This document shows positions 18,707 through 29,005 of a stretch of 64,000 nucleotides of DNA, in pieces. How positions within the stretch are numbered: position 1 is the first letter of the stretch; the number at the start of each line of letters is the position of its first letter. Made by a program: the position numbers and the translations under genes. Source of the DNA: a bacterium (GTDB lineage Bacteria > Actinomycetota > Coriobacteriia > Coriobacteriales > Eggerthellaceae); assembly GCA_963586955.1 (NCBI GenBank), contig CAVABR010000048.1:7862-71861 (forward strand), in the 5' to 3' direction. The notes beneath the pieces were generated by a model. That model was not told the DNA's origin, ran no database searches, and saw only the letters and a program-made list of their open reading frames with translations.

Positions 18707-19342
18707 TTAGCCATTCTTAAGCATGATTGAATTCATCTTGTCAGCAATTGTTTCGCAAAGATCAACACACTCTTCCATCATGTCAAACAAGCTGGTCCAA
18801 ACAAGGACGCGAACTGGATTTTCTCTATCATGGGTATATAGTTTACGAATAGCCTTGATATGAAAAGCGTCTGCTTCATTTTCTATATCATTGACTTTAA
18901 TAACGAGTTGCTTGAACTTCTTTGACTTATTGCAGTTTCTAAAGTCAGCCATTGCTTCAGAGAGCGCATCGCAAGATTTAACAATCATCTTTGCCAAAGG
19001 CTTTACATCATGATGCATGAAATGAATATCATACATATAGAAGCGCTGAAGAACTTCTTCCATCTTATCAATTAGTGCATCCATGCTATTGGTGAGCGAA
19101 ATTATGTCTTCCCTATCAATAGGAGTAACGAAATCTGGCAAGATGGCGTCAAAGACATCATGACATACGCTGTCACCGCGAGATTCTAACTCATGAGCAC
19201 GAGGTAAGTACTTTTCAATGTCTTCTGCTTTTGAAAAATTTTCTACTACTTCCAAAAGAAGCCTTGCTTGCTTAGACGCTATTGCGCTTTGCTTCTCAAA
19301 AGCATCAAAGTAATTGAATTTTTTCTTGCTAGCCTTCTTCAT
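18707..19342 (-). CDS. DUF47 family (PhoU-like) phosphate transport regulator
   Basis: ELESRGD...FVTPIDREDI...MD and IENEAD...D.CE metal-binding helix pattern. Confidence 0.85.
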   Translation of the reverse strand: MKKASKKKFNYFDAFEKQSAIASKQARLLLEVVENFSKAEDIEKYLPRAHELESRGDSVCHDVFDAILPDFVTPIDREDIISLTNSMDALIDKMEEVLQRFYMYDIHFMHHDVKPLAKMIVKSCDALSEAMADFRNCNKSKKFKQLVIKVNDIENEADAFHIKAIRKLYTHDRENPVRVLVWTSLFDMMEECVDLCETIADKMNSIMLKNG

Positions 19343-19382
19343 AGTTCCCCACCCTCTCGATCAAAACTATAAATATTTGCTC

Positions 19383-20066
19383 TTAACAATAATAAGCGAA
19401 TACGCGTCGCTGTTCATCAGCAATAGTAGTAAGCGAATTATGCCCCGGAAGAACAAGCGTATCATCAGGCAATTGCGAAAGACGCTTAAGGGATGCGCGC
19501 ATCTGAGAAATGTCTCCGCCTTCAAAGTCTGTTCGACCAATGGTTCCGCAAAACAAGGTATCACCCGAAGCTAAAAGGGATGCTCGCTCAATATATTTGC
19601 CGTCCTCAGAATTCAACATGAAGCATATGCCACCAGGAGTATGTCCAGGCGTTGCAATGACTTTCCATTTCATAGAGCCAATCTTGATGGTGTCCTTATC
19701 CTTGAGGCGCACATCAACCGGACACGATTGAGCAGAAAGTGGGCCGGTTGTTTTGGGCTGGTTTTCAATTATATTTGCATCAATGTCAGAGGCATACACA
19801 GGCGCATTCGTTTTATCTTTGAGCTGTTTAAGCGCGCCCACATGATCAGTATGATGATGCGTGCAAAATATAGCATCGAGCTTACGTGAGCCAAGCACAT
19901 CAACAATACGTTGCGCATCATCTGAAGGGTCAACCACTATGGTTGCCTGCCCATCAGAGATGATATAGGTATTGTTTTGAATCATGCCAAGCACGAGCCA
20001 GTCTATATCAACACATGCACCTGTAACCTTTAAACACTGTGGACCTCGAGTAACCTCTATATTCAT
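19383..20066 (-). CDS. MBL-fold metallo-hydrolase (glyoxalase II-like)
   Basis: Motifs THHHTDHVG, TPGHTPG, SGDTLF and PGH. Confidence 0.92.
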   Translation of the reverse strand: MNIEVTRGPQCLKVTGACVDIDWLVLGMIQNNTYIISDGQATIVVDPSDDAQRIVDVLGSRKLDAIFCTHHHTDHVGALKQLKDKTNAPVYASDIDANIIENQPKTTGPLSAQSCPVDVRLKDKDTIKIGSMKWKVIATPGHTPGGICFMLNSEDGKYIERASLLASGDTLFCGTIGRTDFEGGDISQMRASLKRLSQLPDDTLVLPGHNSLTTIADEQRRVFAYYC

Positions 20067-20110
20067 ACTTGGCTCCTTCTTGAATTGCTAAACTAATCCT
20101 AAATATATCT

Positions 20111-22444
20111 CTATGATGACTTCCCCGGCATCATACGATGTGCATCAAAAACACCTTCGATTGCTTTTAGCTTCTTTATGATGGAATTAATTGCCGCTGT
20201 CTCAGAAACCTGGAACAAAAATCTCATTTCTACCATTCCGTCTCGGTGCGTCATGGTATTAACTGACAACACATTTGCCCCATTATCCGATAACACCGTT
20301 GAAACATCTTTGAGCAAATTCATGCGATCAAGTGCTTCGATGAATATTTCAACGTTATAGGTAGTCCCTGACGAAGGGGCATGATCTTCCCAAAAAACTT
20401 CAATGATGCGCTCTGGTTGTTGCATAAGATCTTGCGCATTGGGGCAATCGCGCCTATGTACCGAAACGCCACGGCCACGCGTTACAAATCCTACGATTTC
20501 ATCTCCCGGAACGGGGTTGCAACAACGCGAAAGACGAACTAAAACATCATCAATACCCTTTACCACCACACCGTTAGAAGCATGGGCTTCATGCTTTTTC
20601 GGGCGCTTAACGCTGGTGAGCATTGGAGGGATTTTACCCGTAGCAGAAGCTGACATTCCTATGCTTGGCTTTGCGGCATCTTCGGTTCCTTGATCAACCA
20701 AAATCTTAAGAAGCCTGTTGGCTACATGCTGAGGGCTTTCCTTATTAGTTCCAATGTTGACCAACATATCATCGGAATCTTTATAGCCCATAGCTTCAGC
20801 AACACGCTTGATAGCACGCATACTTTGAGCAGAAGAAATGCCCAAGCCATGCTTTCTCATTTCGCGCAAAAGCTTGTCTTTACCCATCTGTAAATCGTCT
20901 GAGCGACTCACCTTTGAGAAATAGGAACGAATCTTCGAACGTGCAGAAGGCGTTTTAACAATATTGAGCCAGTCACGTGAAGGCGTAGCGCTTTTTTGCG
21001 TAAGAATTTCAACGCGATCTCCCAACTGGAGCTTATAACTCAAAGGAACAATAGAGCCGTTAACCTTTGCTCCCACACAATGATGCCCCACTTCGGTATG
21101 AATTGAATAGGCAAAATCAACCGGTGTTGAGCCAAAGCGCAAACTCATAGCTTCGCCTTTTGGCGTGAAAACATAGACCTCTTTGGGGTCAAGGTCGGTC
21201 TTTAAGGACTTAAGAAATTCGCGCGAATCCTTGGTTTCATCCTGCCAGTCCACCATTTCACGCAACCAAGCAATTTGCTTATCAAGCGAAGTATCTTTTC
21301 CTTTTCCGCCATTTTCCTTATAGCGCCAATGAGCAGCAACGCCGTATTCGCTCATACGGTGCATCTCTTCAGTACGAATCTGAACCTCAAGCGGACGACC
21401 CGCCGGACCTATAACGGTAGTATGAAGGCTTTGATACATATTGAATTTTGGCATGGCAATATAGTCTTTAAAACGACCAGGCATTGGATGCCAAAGACTA
21501 TGAACTGCGCCAAGGGCGGAATAGCAATCTCTTACCGTGGTAACAATGATACGAACGGCAATAAGGTCATAAATTTCCGAAAAGCCCTTGCCCTTTTTAG
21601 TCATTTTTTGGTAGATGGAATACAGATGTTTTGGCCTGCCCATAATTTGAGCTTCAACACCAATTTTTTCCATCTCACCATGAAGAATATTGATAATTTT
21701 TTCAAGGTATTCTTCTCGGTCTTTGCGCGTTTCCGAAACCATGCGAGAAACTTGTTTAAACTTGTTAGGCTCTAGATAGAAAAAAGACAAATCTTCAAGT
21801 TCCCATTTAATGGAGCTGATCCCCAACCTATGAGCAATAGGAGCATAAATTTCTAGCGTTTCGCGTGCTTTAAATATGCGCCTATCTTCCTTGAGCGCCG
21901 AAAGCGTTCTCATATTATGAAGACGGTCGGCAAGCTTAATAACAATAACGCGAATATCCTTACTCATTGCAATGAGCATTTTTCTAAATGTTTGAGCCTG
22001 CTTATCTGAAAGACTTTCGACTTCAATTTTGGTTATCTTGGTAACGCCATCAACTAATTCGGCAATAGATTGTCCAAAAACCTCTGCGACTTCTTCTTTG
22101 GTTGTTGAAGAATCTTCCACCGTATCATGCAGAAGAGCCGCACAAAGCGTTTCAACATCCATATGTAAATCCGCCAAGATAATGGCAACCTCAACGGGAT
22201 GAATTACAAATGGCTCTCCAGATTTTCTTTTCTGCCCCTCATGAGCCTTGCAGGCAAAATTAAATGCAAGCTTGAGAGTATCAAGTTCTTCTGCTGGTAA
22301 ATATTGAGAGCTTAAATCAAGAAGATCATTAAAGCGGTCTTCTGGAGTAGAACCTATAGGCGCAAGCGTAGAAGCCTTGATGGTAGGATCAACGCCCACC
22401 GAATGAATATCGCCCTGCATACCTTTAGATGTTGCTTCTTGCAT
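20111..22444 (-). CDS. rel: Bifunctional (p)ppGpp synthetase/hydrolase Rel
   Basis: HD domain (LHDTVED), synthetase domain (GRPKHLYS, YQSLHT, EVQIRT), TGS, ZFD (CCNPVPGD...HRRDC) and ACT domains. Confidence 0.98.
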   Translation of the reverse strand: MQEATSKGMQGDIHSVGVDPTIKASTLAPIGSTPEDRFNDLLDLSSQYLPAEELDTLKLAFNFACKAHEGQKRKSGEPFVIHPVEVAIILADLHMDVETLCAALLHDTVEDSSTTKEEVAEVFGQSIAELVDGVTKITKIEVESLSDKQAQTFRKMLIAMSKDIRVIVIKLADRLHNMRTLSALKEDRRIFKARETLEIYAPIAHRLGISSIKWELEDLSFFYLEPNKFKQVSRMVSETRKDREEYLEKIINILHGEMEKIGVEAQIMGRPKHLYSIYQKMTKKGKGFSEIYDLIAVRIIVTTVRDCYSALGAVHSLWHPMPGRFKDYIAMPKFNMYQSLHTTVIGPAGRPLEVQIRTEEMHRMSEYGVAAHWRYKENGGKGKDTSLDKQIAWLREMVDWQDETKDSREFLKSLKTDLDPKEVYVFTPKGEAMSLRFGSTPVDFAYSIHTEVGHHCVGAKVNGSIVPLSYKLQLGDRVEILTQKSATPSRDWLNIVKTPSARSKIRSYFSKVSRSDDLQMGKDKLLREMRKHGLGISSAQSMRAIKRVAEAMGYKDSDDMLVNIGTNKESPQHVANRLLKILVDQGTEDAAKPSIGMSASATGKIPPMLTSVKRPKKHEAHASNGVVVKGIDDVLVRLSRCCNPVPGDEIVGFVTRGRGVSVHRRDCPNAQDLMQQPERIIEVFWEDHAPSSGTTYNVEIFIEALDRMNLLKDVSTVLSDNGANVLSVNTMTHRDGMVEMRFLFQVSETAAINSIIKKLKAIEGVFDAHRMMPGKSS

Positions 22445-22455
22445 AATGCACCCCC

Positions 22456-25400
22456 TTATTCAAATGGCAAAAGCGGTCTTTGAATGCGCTGTTGCAGTTG
22501 TTCTTTTTCTGTCTTGAAAACCCAAGAAGAAAAATCTTTAAATACTTCAATTTCTTCTAAGCCTTCACGATAGCGCGTGCTATCAGAAAGCTCAACTTTT
22601 CCCTTATAGTCTACGACATGAATGATGCATCCCGCATCTTCAGAAAGACAATTTTGAGATTCAATAAGCCCAAGCTCACAAAAAACAGTAAGGGCGCATC
22701 TAACCTGAGAAGCGCTCAATGAAGTACCCCGCAGAAGACCTGAGGCATTCTTAGCAGTTTGAGCATAATCAAGCGAAAAATAATAGTCATCTTGAGATCT
22801 CTGCGTTCCTCTTAAATAGCGATAAATCTGCGCCATATCATCATGGCAAGGGGTAAGATCATTAAGAATAGATTTATTGAGATTGGCATCGCTTTTTGAA
22901 AAGAGCAAATGAACAAACGCCTCTTCACCGTCTCTGCCCGCTCTTCCGCTCATTTGATTGAATTCAACTTCACTAAAGGGCAAATGGTATAAAACAACGT
23001 GGCGCACATTGGGAATATCAATTCCTTCTCCAAAGGCAGACGTTGCAATAAGGACTTGCAATTCGCCAACTCTAAACAACTCTTCCACGCGCTCGCGTTC
23101 ATCTCGTGACAGACCGGCATTGTAAAAGCCAATCATCCAGGCAATATGGGGAAGCTGTTTTCTTAAGTTGCGTGCAAGCGAGACCGATTCAAGACGAGAA
23201 TTAACATAGACAATTGTTTTCTCACCCGAAGAAGCAATGTTTACCAAATAGCGAAGACGATGCTTTATTCCGCGGTGATCATCTATAAGAAGATTCTCAC
23301 GCGCCGAATCATCATAAATGCAGTTTTCAATTCCCAAGACCGATTGAATGCCTTGAGAAATAGTTTCATCAGCGGTAGCAGTAAGCGCAAGCGTTAAGGG
23401 ATTACCTAACGCCTGCCGAGAAAGAATCAAATTTGGATAGGCTGTTCTAAAGCCAGCTTTCGATAAGGCAACATGATGAGCCTCATCAATAACCAAAAAA
23501 GAAAATGCATCAACTGCAACAAATTCATCAAGGTGAGCCTCTAGATATTCAGGCGTTGTCAGGATGATATCAACAAGACCTTCGCTCAGGCGCGTCATCA
23601 CTTCAATTCTTTTTTCGAATGCAGTATCTCCTGTTAAGACTTCAACCTCAATACCAAACTGACGAAGCGCCTCTTTTAAATGAAAAGCCTGATCAGCAAT
23701 TAACGCACGCAGTGGATAAATAAAAAGGCTCGCCCGATGTTCTTTCAATGCCTGCTCAACCGCAAAAACATGAAAGACAAGAGACTTGCCTCTGCCTGTG
23801 CCCAAAATACCAAGGGTCGATTGCCCCTGATCAAGCGCAGAGAGCAACTCAACTTGTGATTGATGAAGCGCTCCTTGGCCAATAAAGGCTCTCACAATAG
23901 CTTGACGCAGACCACTTGGATCCGTCCGAGCTACATCATTCCATGCCTTGCGCTCCTTGCAGGTCATATCAACCTCTACATTTTCTGAGAGATCAGATCC
24001 TTGCTGATAGCTCGATACTTCAGGCTTTTCGCTCAAAAATAAGCCTTGAAGAAAATCCTGATCTTCAGGGGTAGAACAAGCAATCAAAGCCGAACAAGCA
24101 TTGACTGGTAAAAGAGAAGAAATGATAGCTTTAACGTTGCGCCTTCCCTTCCATTCGTCAATTTGAAGCTCAAATACCGCATCAACAACCGAAGGGCAAC
24201 GCTTTAACTCTTCGATATTTTTACAGTGAAACATAATGCCTTCGAGCGATGACCTACCATCGCTGAAGGTAACAGAAAGGTGATTCTTGTCTGCGCCAAC
24301 CGCTCTGCTATAGGCAAGCGTGACAGAATGCGCAAGAAACCGCGGGACTTTATTTTCCTGACCGAAAGGCGCCAAAAGCTCAATCTTTTCAACGTTTTCT
24401 TTTGTAAGCTCAGAAAGGTTAACACTTGCATCAACCTCAATGCGCGGACAAAATGCATCGCTGGGAAGTTGATCCATATATTCACATAAGCGCTGATGAA
24501 ATGCGGTAAGGTTTTTCGTGGGAAGCGTCACGCCAACTGCTGCTTCATGTCCGCCAAATCTGGTAAGAAGATCTTGGCAGGATTCCACCGCTTTGAATAA
24601 GTTTATATCTCCATAGCTTCGGCCAGAACCACGTGCTTCATCTCCGTCAATAGTAAAAAGGATAGAAGGAACACAAAAATGAGAGGTAAGGCGAGAAGCG
24701 ACAATCCCCTTCACTCCTTCATGCCATCCCTGACCAGCAACAATCAAAATGCGCTCATTGTTATACGATTCTTCGGCCTGAGCAAGAGCGATTTCGCTCA
24801 ATTCAGATTCAATGGCTCTTCTTTTAGTATTGGTCTCTTCAAGCTGACGAGCCAAGTGGCAAGCCTGAGCAAAATCATCAGACATAAGCAGGTCAAGCGC
24901 GAGCTGAGCATTACCCATGCGCCCTGCAGCATTAAGACGCGGAACAAGCGTGAAGCTGAGGTTGCTAGAAGATAGCACCGTGTTGCTAAATCCCGCTTCT
25001 TGTATCAAAGCTGCTATACAAGGACGAGGATTATCGTTGAGAAGTTGTATGCCTTCAGACACTAAGGCGCGATTTTCGCCAACCATGGGCATCAAATCTG
25101 CAACGGTACCAAGGGTTGCAAAATCAAGAAGCTCACGCCAAAAATGAGGCATACCAAAGCGCGAACATAGCGCCTGGACAACCTTGAGCGCAACACCGGC
25201 GCCTGCCAAAATTGAACTAGGCGAATCGTAGCATTTTGGATCTACCAGCGCTACATTACTCGGAACAAGCTCTGAAGGTTCATGATGATCAGTGATGACC
25301 AGCTCCACACCCTTATCAGTCAAAAGATGGGCTTCCTTTTTAGCAGAAATACCGTTGTCGACCGTTACCACCACATCGGGCTCATATGAGAGAGCACGCG

Positions 25401-25809
25401 CAATAGCGACTTCGGTTAGTCCATAGCCCTCTTCAAAGCGGAGAGGAATAAACGGTATAACATCAGCCCCAAGCTCTTTTAAGCCTCGCGACATAATGGT
25501 TGTTGCCGAAATACCATCAAGGTCAAAGTCACCAAAGACAAGGATTCGTTTGTGCGCCTTGACGGCAGTTTCTAAACAAGAAACAACCTCTTCCATGCCC
25601 AAAATGTCATAAGGGTTAGCCCAGTCACTGCTCAGTGAGGTATTAAGAAACGAAGAAACTTTCTCTACCGTATTAAAACCTCGAGATACCAAAACAGAGG
25701 CAATAAAATGCGGAAGTTGAAAATGATTTTCTATAAGTTCTATTTCTGCTTCATCTGCAGAGTGAATACTAATACGCGCTGACATGAAACTACCAATCTC
25801 TTTTTTCAA
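22456..25809 (-). CDS. recJ: RecJ ssDNA exonuclease fused to a C-terminal DEAH (RecQ-like SF2) helicase
   Basis: RecJ motifs FGDFDLDG, TVDNG, TDHH, PRLNAAGR and GGH. Helicase motifs GTGRGKS, DEAHH, TAT, ATSAFGEGID and QMSGRAGRDG. One 1117-aa ORF. Confidence 0.93.
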   Translation of the reverse strand: MKKEIGSFMSARISIHSADEAEIELIENHFQLPHFIASVLVSRGFNTVEKVSSFLNTSLSSDWANPYDILGMEEVVSCLETAVKAHKRILVFGDFDLDGISATTIMSRGLKELGADVIPFIPLRFEEGYGLTEVAIARALSYEPDVVVTVDNGISAKKEAHLLTDKGVELVITDHHEPSELVPSNVALVDPKCYDSPSSILAGAGVALKVVQALCSRFGMPHFWRELLDFATLGTVADLMPMVGENRALVSEGIQLLNDNPRPCIAALIQEAGFSNTVLSSSNLSFTLVPRLNAAGRMGNAQLALDLLMSDDFAQACHLARQLEETNTKRRAIESELSEIALAQAEESYNNERILIVAGQGWHEGVKGIVASRLTSHFCVPSILFTIDGDEARGSGRSYGDINLFKAVESCQDLLTRFGGHEAAVGVTLPTKNLTAFHQRLCEYMDQLPSDAFCPRIEVDASVNLSELTKENVEKIELLAPFGQENKVPRFLAHSVTLAYSRAVGADKNHLSVTFSDGRSSLEGIMFHCKNIEELKRCPSVVDAVFELQIDEWKGRRNVKAIISSLLPVNACSALIACSTPEDQDFLQGLFLSEKPEVSSYQQGSDLSENVEVDMTCKERKAWNDVARTDPSGLRQAIVRAFIGQGALHQSQVELLSALDQGQSTLGILGTGRGKSLVFHVFAVEQALKEHRASLFIYPLRALIADQAFHLKEALRQFGIEVEVLTGDTAFEKRIEVMTRLSEGLVDIILTTPEYLEAHLDEFVAVDAFSFLVIDEAHHVALSKAGFRTAYPNLILSRQALGNPLTLALTATADETISQGIQSVLGIENCIYDDSARENLLIDDHRGIKHRLRYLVNIASSGEKTIVYVNSRLESVSLARNLRKQLPHIAWMIGFYNAGLSRDERERVEELFRVGELQVLIATSAFGEGIDIPNVRHVVLYHLPFSEVEFNQMSGRAGRDGEEAFVHLLFSKSDANLNKSILNDLTPCHDDMAQIYRYLRGTQRSQDDYYFSLDYAQTAKNASGLLRGTSLSASQVRCALTVFCELGLIESQNCLSEDAGCIIHVVDYKGKVELSDSTRYREGLEEIEVFKDFSSWVFKTEKEQLQQRIQRPLLPFE

Positions 25810-25864
25810 GATTTATTTTCGCACAATCTCAAAAGAAAAAAGAAAGAGGAGCGCAAAAAAGAGG

Positions 25865-26437
25865 TCAAGCGTTAAATTTTGCTTGCGTTTTAGCAAGACC
25901 TACTTCCAAAAGAGAAAGCGTGGCTTCACAAGCACGATAACAACTTGCGTCAAAATCTTCTTTGGCTTGTTTCTTTGGTACTGATAACACGTAATCAGGA
26001 ACCTTCATCTTTCCGGGAGGTCGCCCTATACCAACACGAATGCGATAAAAATCGCGCGAGCCAATTTTGTCTATGATAGAGCGCAGTCCATTATGACCTG
26101 CATGTCCGCCGCCCTTTTTTACCCGAACTGAAGTGGCAGGAATGTCCAGCTCATCGTGAATGACGATGAGATCTTCAACGCCAAGCTTATATTCCTTACA
26201 AAGATGAGATACCGGACCACCTGATAGATTCATATAACTTTGAGGCTTAGCCAAAAGTACCTCTTGGCTTTTACCTTGTAGGGCAATTTTGCCAACCCCA
26301 ACCAAAGCCCCACAGGTTGTTTTCCAATATGTCACGCCAAGCTTATCTGCTAGCAGATCTAGTGTTTCAAACCCGGCATTATGGCGCGTATGCGCGTATT
26401 CGTCTCCAGGATTTCCCAAACCAACAATTGCAAACAT
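25865..26437 (-). CDS. pth: Peptidyl-tRNA hydrolase
   Basis: Motifs GLGNPG-Y-TRHNAG, KPQSYMNLSG, HDELD and GHNGLRS. Confidence 0.97.
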   Translation of the reverse strand: MFAIVGLGNPGDEYAHTRHNAGFETLDLLADKLGVTYWKTTCGALVGVGKIALQGKSQEVLLAKPQSYMNLSGGPVSHLCKEYKLGVEDLIVIHDELDIPATSVRVKKGGGHAGHNGLRSIIDKIGSRDFYRIRVGIGRPPGKMKVPDYVLSVPKKQAKEDFDASCYRACEATLSLLEVGLAKTQAKFNA

Positions 26438-26449
26438 TGCGATTAAATC

Positions 26450-27421
26450 CTATAGAGCAAACTCTGGATCAAACAATGAAGCAACGGATTCATTGCTATA
26501 AACATTCTTAATAGCTGAAGCCAAGAGAGGAGCAACAGAAATCACGCGGATTTTACCGGTACGACGTTCTTCAGGAATACGAATGGTGTTACAAACAACA
26601 ACCTCGTCAATTTGAGATTCAGCAATGCGCTCATAAGCAGGGCCAGAAAAGACAGGATGCGAAGCGCAAACATATACCTTTTCAGCGCCTTTTTCTTTGA
26701 GCGTAGCAACGGCAGCGCAAAGCGTTCCTGCGGTGTCAATCATGTCGTCATTTACGATGCAGGTCTTTCCTTCTACATCACCAATGAGCGCCGTGATTTC
26801 AGCCTTGTTGTGGCCTGGGCGACCTTTATGCATAATAGCCAAGTCAGATTCAAGCATGTCAGAGAGCTTTTTAGCAGCTTTCGCACGACCAACATCAGGA
26901 CTTACCACACAAAGATCCTCAGAGTTAAGGCCTTTCTTTTTGAAGTAGTCAGCAAAAATAGGAAGAGCCGTAAGATGGTCTACTGGGGTATCGAAAAAGC
27001 CCTGGATTTGACCTTGATGCAAATCAACGGTAATAACACGATTAATTCCCGCAACACCCATAAGGTTAGCAACCAGCTTTGCCGTAATAGGCTCACGCGC
27101 AGCTGCTTTTCGGTCTTGGCGCGCATAGCCATAACAAGGAACTACTGCGTTGACTGTACGAGCCGAAGCACGCTTAGCAGCATCGGCCATAATCAAAAGC
27201 TCCATGATGGCTTCATTAACATTAGGAGTGGAAGTAGACTGAACAATAAAGACATCTGCTCCGCGTACGCTTTCTAAATAGCGTGCATAAATTTCACCGT
27301 TAGAGAATTTCTCTAGCTTGACATTACCAAGCGTCATCCCAAGAGAAGAAGCTATATCTTCAGCAAGTTCAGGACAGGTTGAACCTGAAAAGATTGCCAA
27401 GGTTTTCGTCATATTGCTCAT
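26450..27421 (-). CDS. prs: Ribose-phosphate pyrophosphokinase
   Basis: Motifs FSNGE, YGYARQDRK, DLHQGQIQGFF and DDMIDTAGT. Confidence 0.98.
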   Translation of the reverse strand: MSNMTKTLAIFSGSTCPELAEDIASSLGMTLGNVKLEKFSNGEIYARYLESVRGADVFIVQSTSTPNVNEAIMELLIMADAAKRASARTVNAVVPCYGYARQDRKAAAREPITAKLVANLMGVAGINRVITVDLHQGQIQGFFDTPVDHLTALPIFADYFKKKGLNSEDLCVVSPDVGRAKAAKKLSDMLESDLAIMHKGRPGHNKAEITALIGDVEGKTCIVNDDMIDTAGTLCAAVATLKEKGAEKVYVCASHPVFSGPAYERIAESQIDEVVVCNTIRIPEERRTGKIRVISVAPLLASAIKNVYSNESVASLFDPEFAL

Positions 27422-27532
27422 AGTGGTTCCCTTTTCTCTTGATGATTTGCCGGTAGTGCCGGTAGTGCCAGAAGCGCTCCGTCTACAATCTTAATACGTT
27501 ATGTGGTTTATAAACACACCCAATTTAGCGTC

Positions 27533-28891
27533 TTAATCTTTTTTTTCATTCCAATGGGCAATCTCGGTTTGACGAGCTCTACCCAATCCCAATGCTCCCG
27601 CAGAAACATCTTTTGTAATAACAGAACCCGCACCAATCAAAGAGCCTTCCCCGATAGTTACCGGAGCAACCAACATTACATCGCTTCCCACAAAGACGTC
27701 ATCTTCGATGGTAGTAGGCCATTTCTTTTCACCGTCATAGTTACAAGTGATGGTTCCCGCGCCAATATTGATATCTTTACCCAAAGTTGCATCCCCGATG
27801 TAGGAAAGATGAGGAACCTTTGAGCCCGGCCCAATGGTGGATTTCTTAATCTCAACATGGGTTCCTACTTTAGCGCCCTTGCAAACATGTGTCTGAGGTC
27901 TGAGGTAAGCTCGAGGACCGGTTGAAACATCATCTTCAAGCACCGACTCGAGCGCGATGGTTTCTTCAATGGTGCAGTTGTTCCCAACGGTGGTATCCGT
28001 CAAACGGCTCTGAGGACCAATTACACTGTTTGATCCAACCTTGCATTTCCCCATCAAAAATGACATAGGTAAGATTTCCGTGTCATTTTCAATCTCAACA
28101 TCAGGGCCAATCCAAGTAGTAGAAGGATCCATGATAGTGACACCGTTATTCATATGGAAAAGATTGATACGTTCTTGCAGAATCTTGGTTGCTTGAGCAA
28201 GTTGCACACGAGAATTAACGCCTAAGCATTCACGAGGATCCTGCGCCTTTAGACCAAGTACCTTTTTGCCTTTTGTGCGCGCAATAGAAATAACATCGGT
28301 TAAATAAAATTCGTTCTGAGCGTTATCAGAAGATACTTCGCGTAGTGCTTCAAAAAGGAATTGCGTATCAAAGCAATAAAAGCCAGAGTTACATTCAGTG
28401 ATTTTTACCTGTTCAGAATTGCAATCTTTCTGCTCTACAATGCCACAAACCTCATCGTTGGTATCACGAATAATGCGACCATAACCAAAGGGGTCATCTA
28501 CATCCATGGTTAGCACCACAACAGCAGCATCCTCATCTTCGCGAATAGAAAACAGCTTCTCTACCGTCTCAGAAGAAACGAGCGGTGAATCACCAGAAAG
28601 TACAACCAAAGAACCAGATTTATCTTCGAAAGCTGACTGGGCAACCTGAACCGCATGAGCAGTACCCAACTGCTCTTCTTGCACAACTATCGAAGTGTCT
28701 GCCACCAATGGCTCAACTACATCACGACCGAAGCCAACAACACTCACTACCTGTTCAACGCCAGCCTTATGAACAGCGTCAATAACCCAGCGAACAAGGG
28801 GTTTTTCCATGATGGTATGGGCAACTTTTGGCTTAGATGATTTCATGCGAGTTCCTGCGCCAGCGGCAAGAATTAAAGCTGAATGTTTCAT
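27533..28891 (-). CDS. glmU: Bifunctional UDP-GlcNAc pyrophosphorylase/glucosamine-1-phosphate acetyltransferase
   Basis: Motifs LAAGAGTRMKS, QLGTAHAV, YLTDV, HLSYIGDA and TCNYDG, with hexapeptide repeats. Confidence 0.98.
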   Translation of the reverse strand: MKHSALILAAGAGTRMKSSKPKVAHTIMEKPLVRWVIDAVHKAGVEQVVSVVGFGRDVVEPLVADTSIVVQEEQLGTAHAVQVAQSAFEDKSGSLVVLSGDSPLVSSETVEKLFSIREDEDAAVVVLTMDVDDPFGYGRIIRDTNDEVCGIVEQKDCNSEQVKITECNSGFYCFDTQFLFEALREVSSDNAQNEFYLTDVISIARTKGKKVLGLKAQDPRECLGVNSRVQLAQATKILQERINLFHMNNGVTIMDPSTTWIGPDVEIENDTEILPMSFLMGKCKVGSNSVIGPQSRLTDTTVGNNCTIEETIALESVLEDDVSTGPRAYLRPQTHVCKGAKVGTHVEIKKSTIGPGSKVPHLSYIGDATLGKDINIGAGTITCNYDGEKKWPTTIEDDVFVGSDVMLVAPVTIGEGSLIGAGSVITKDVSAGALGLGRARQTEIAHWNEKKD

Positions 28892-29005
28892 ACGTACCTT
28901 TCTTCTAAGCGGTAACTTCGTAGTATATCGTCACGTAAGGTTATGCCTTGCTTATTTTTAGAGACAACGAGTATACGGCGAAAACAGATTAAACCTTTGC
29001 AATAA

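Noticed and set aside
27448..27469. TGCCGGTAG x2.4 microrepeat upstream of prs, with CCGGTAGTG also upstream of glmM (35859-35867)
   Set aside because: Too short to distinguish from chance or slippage.
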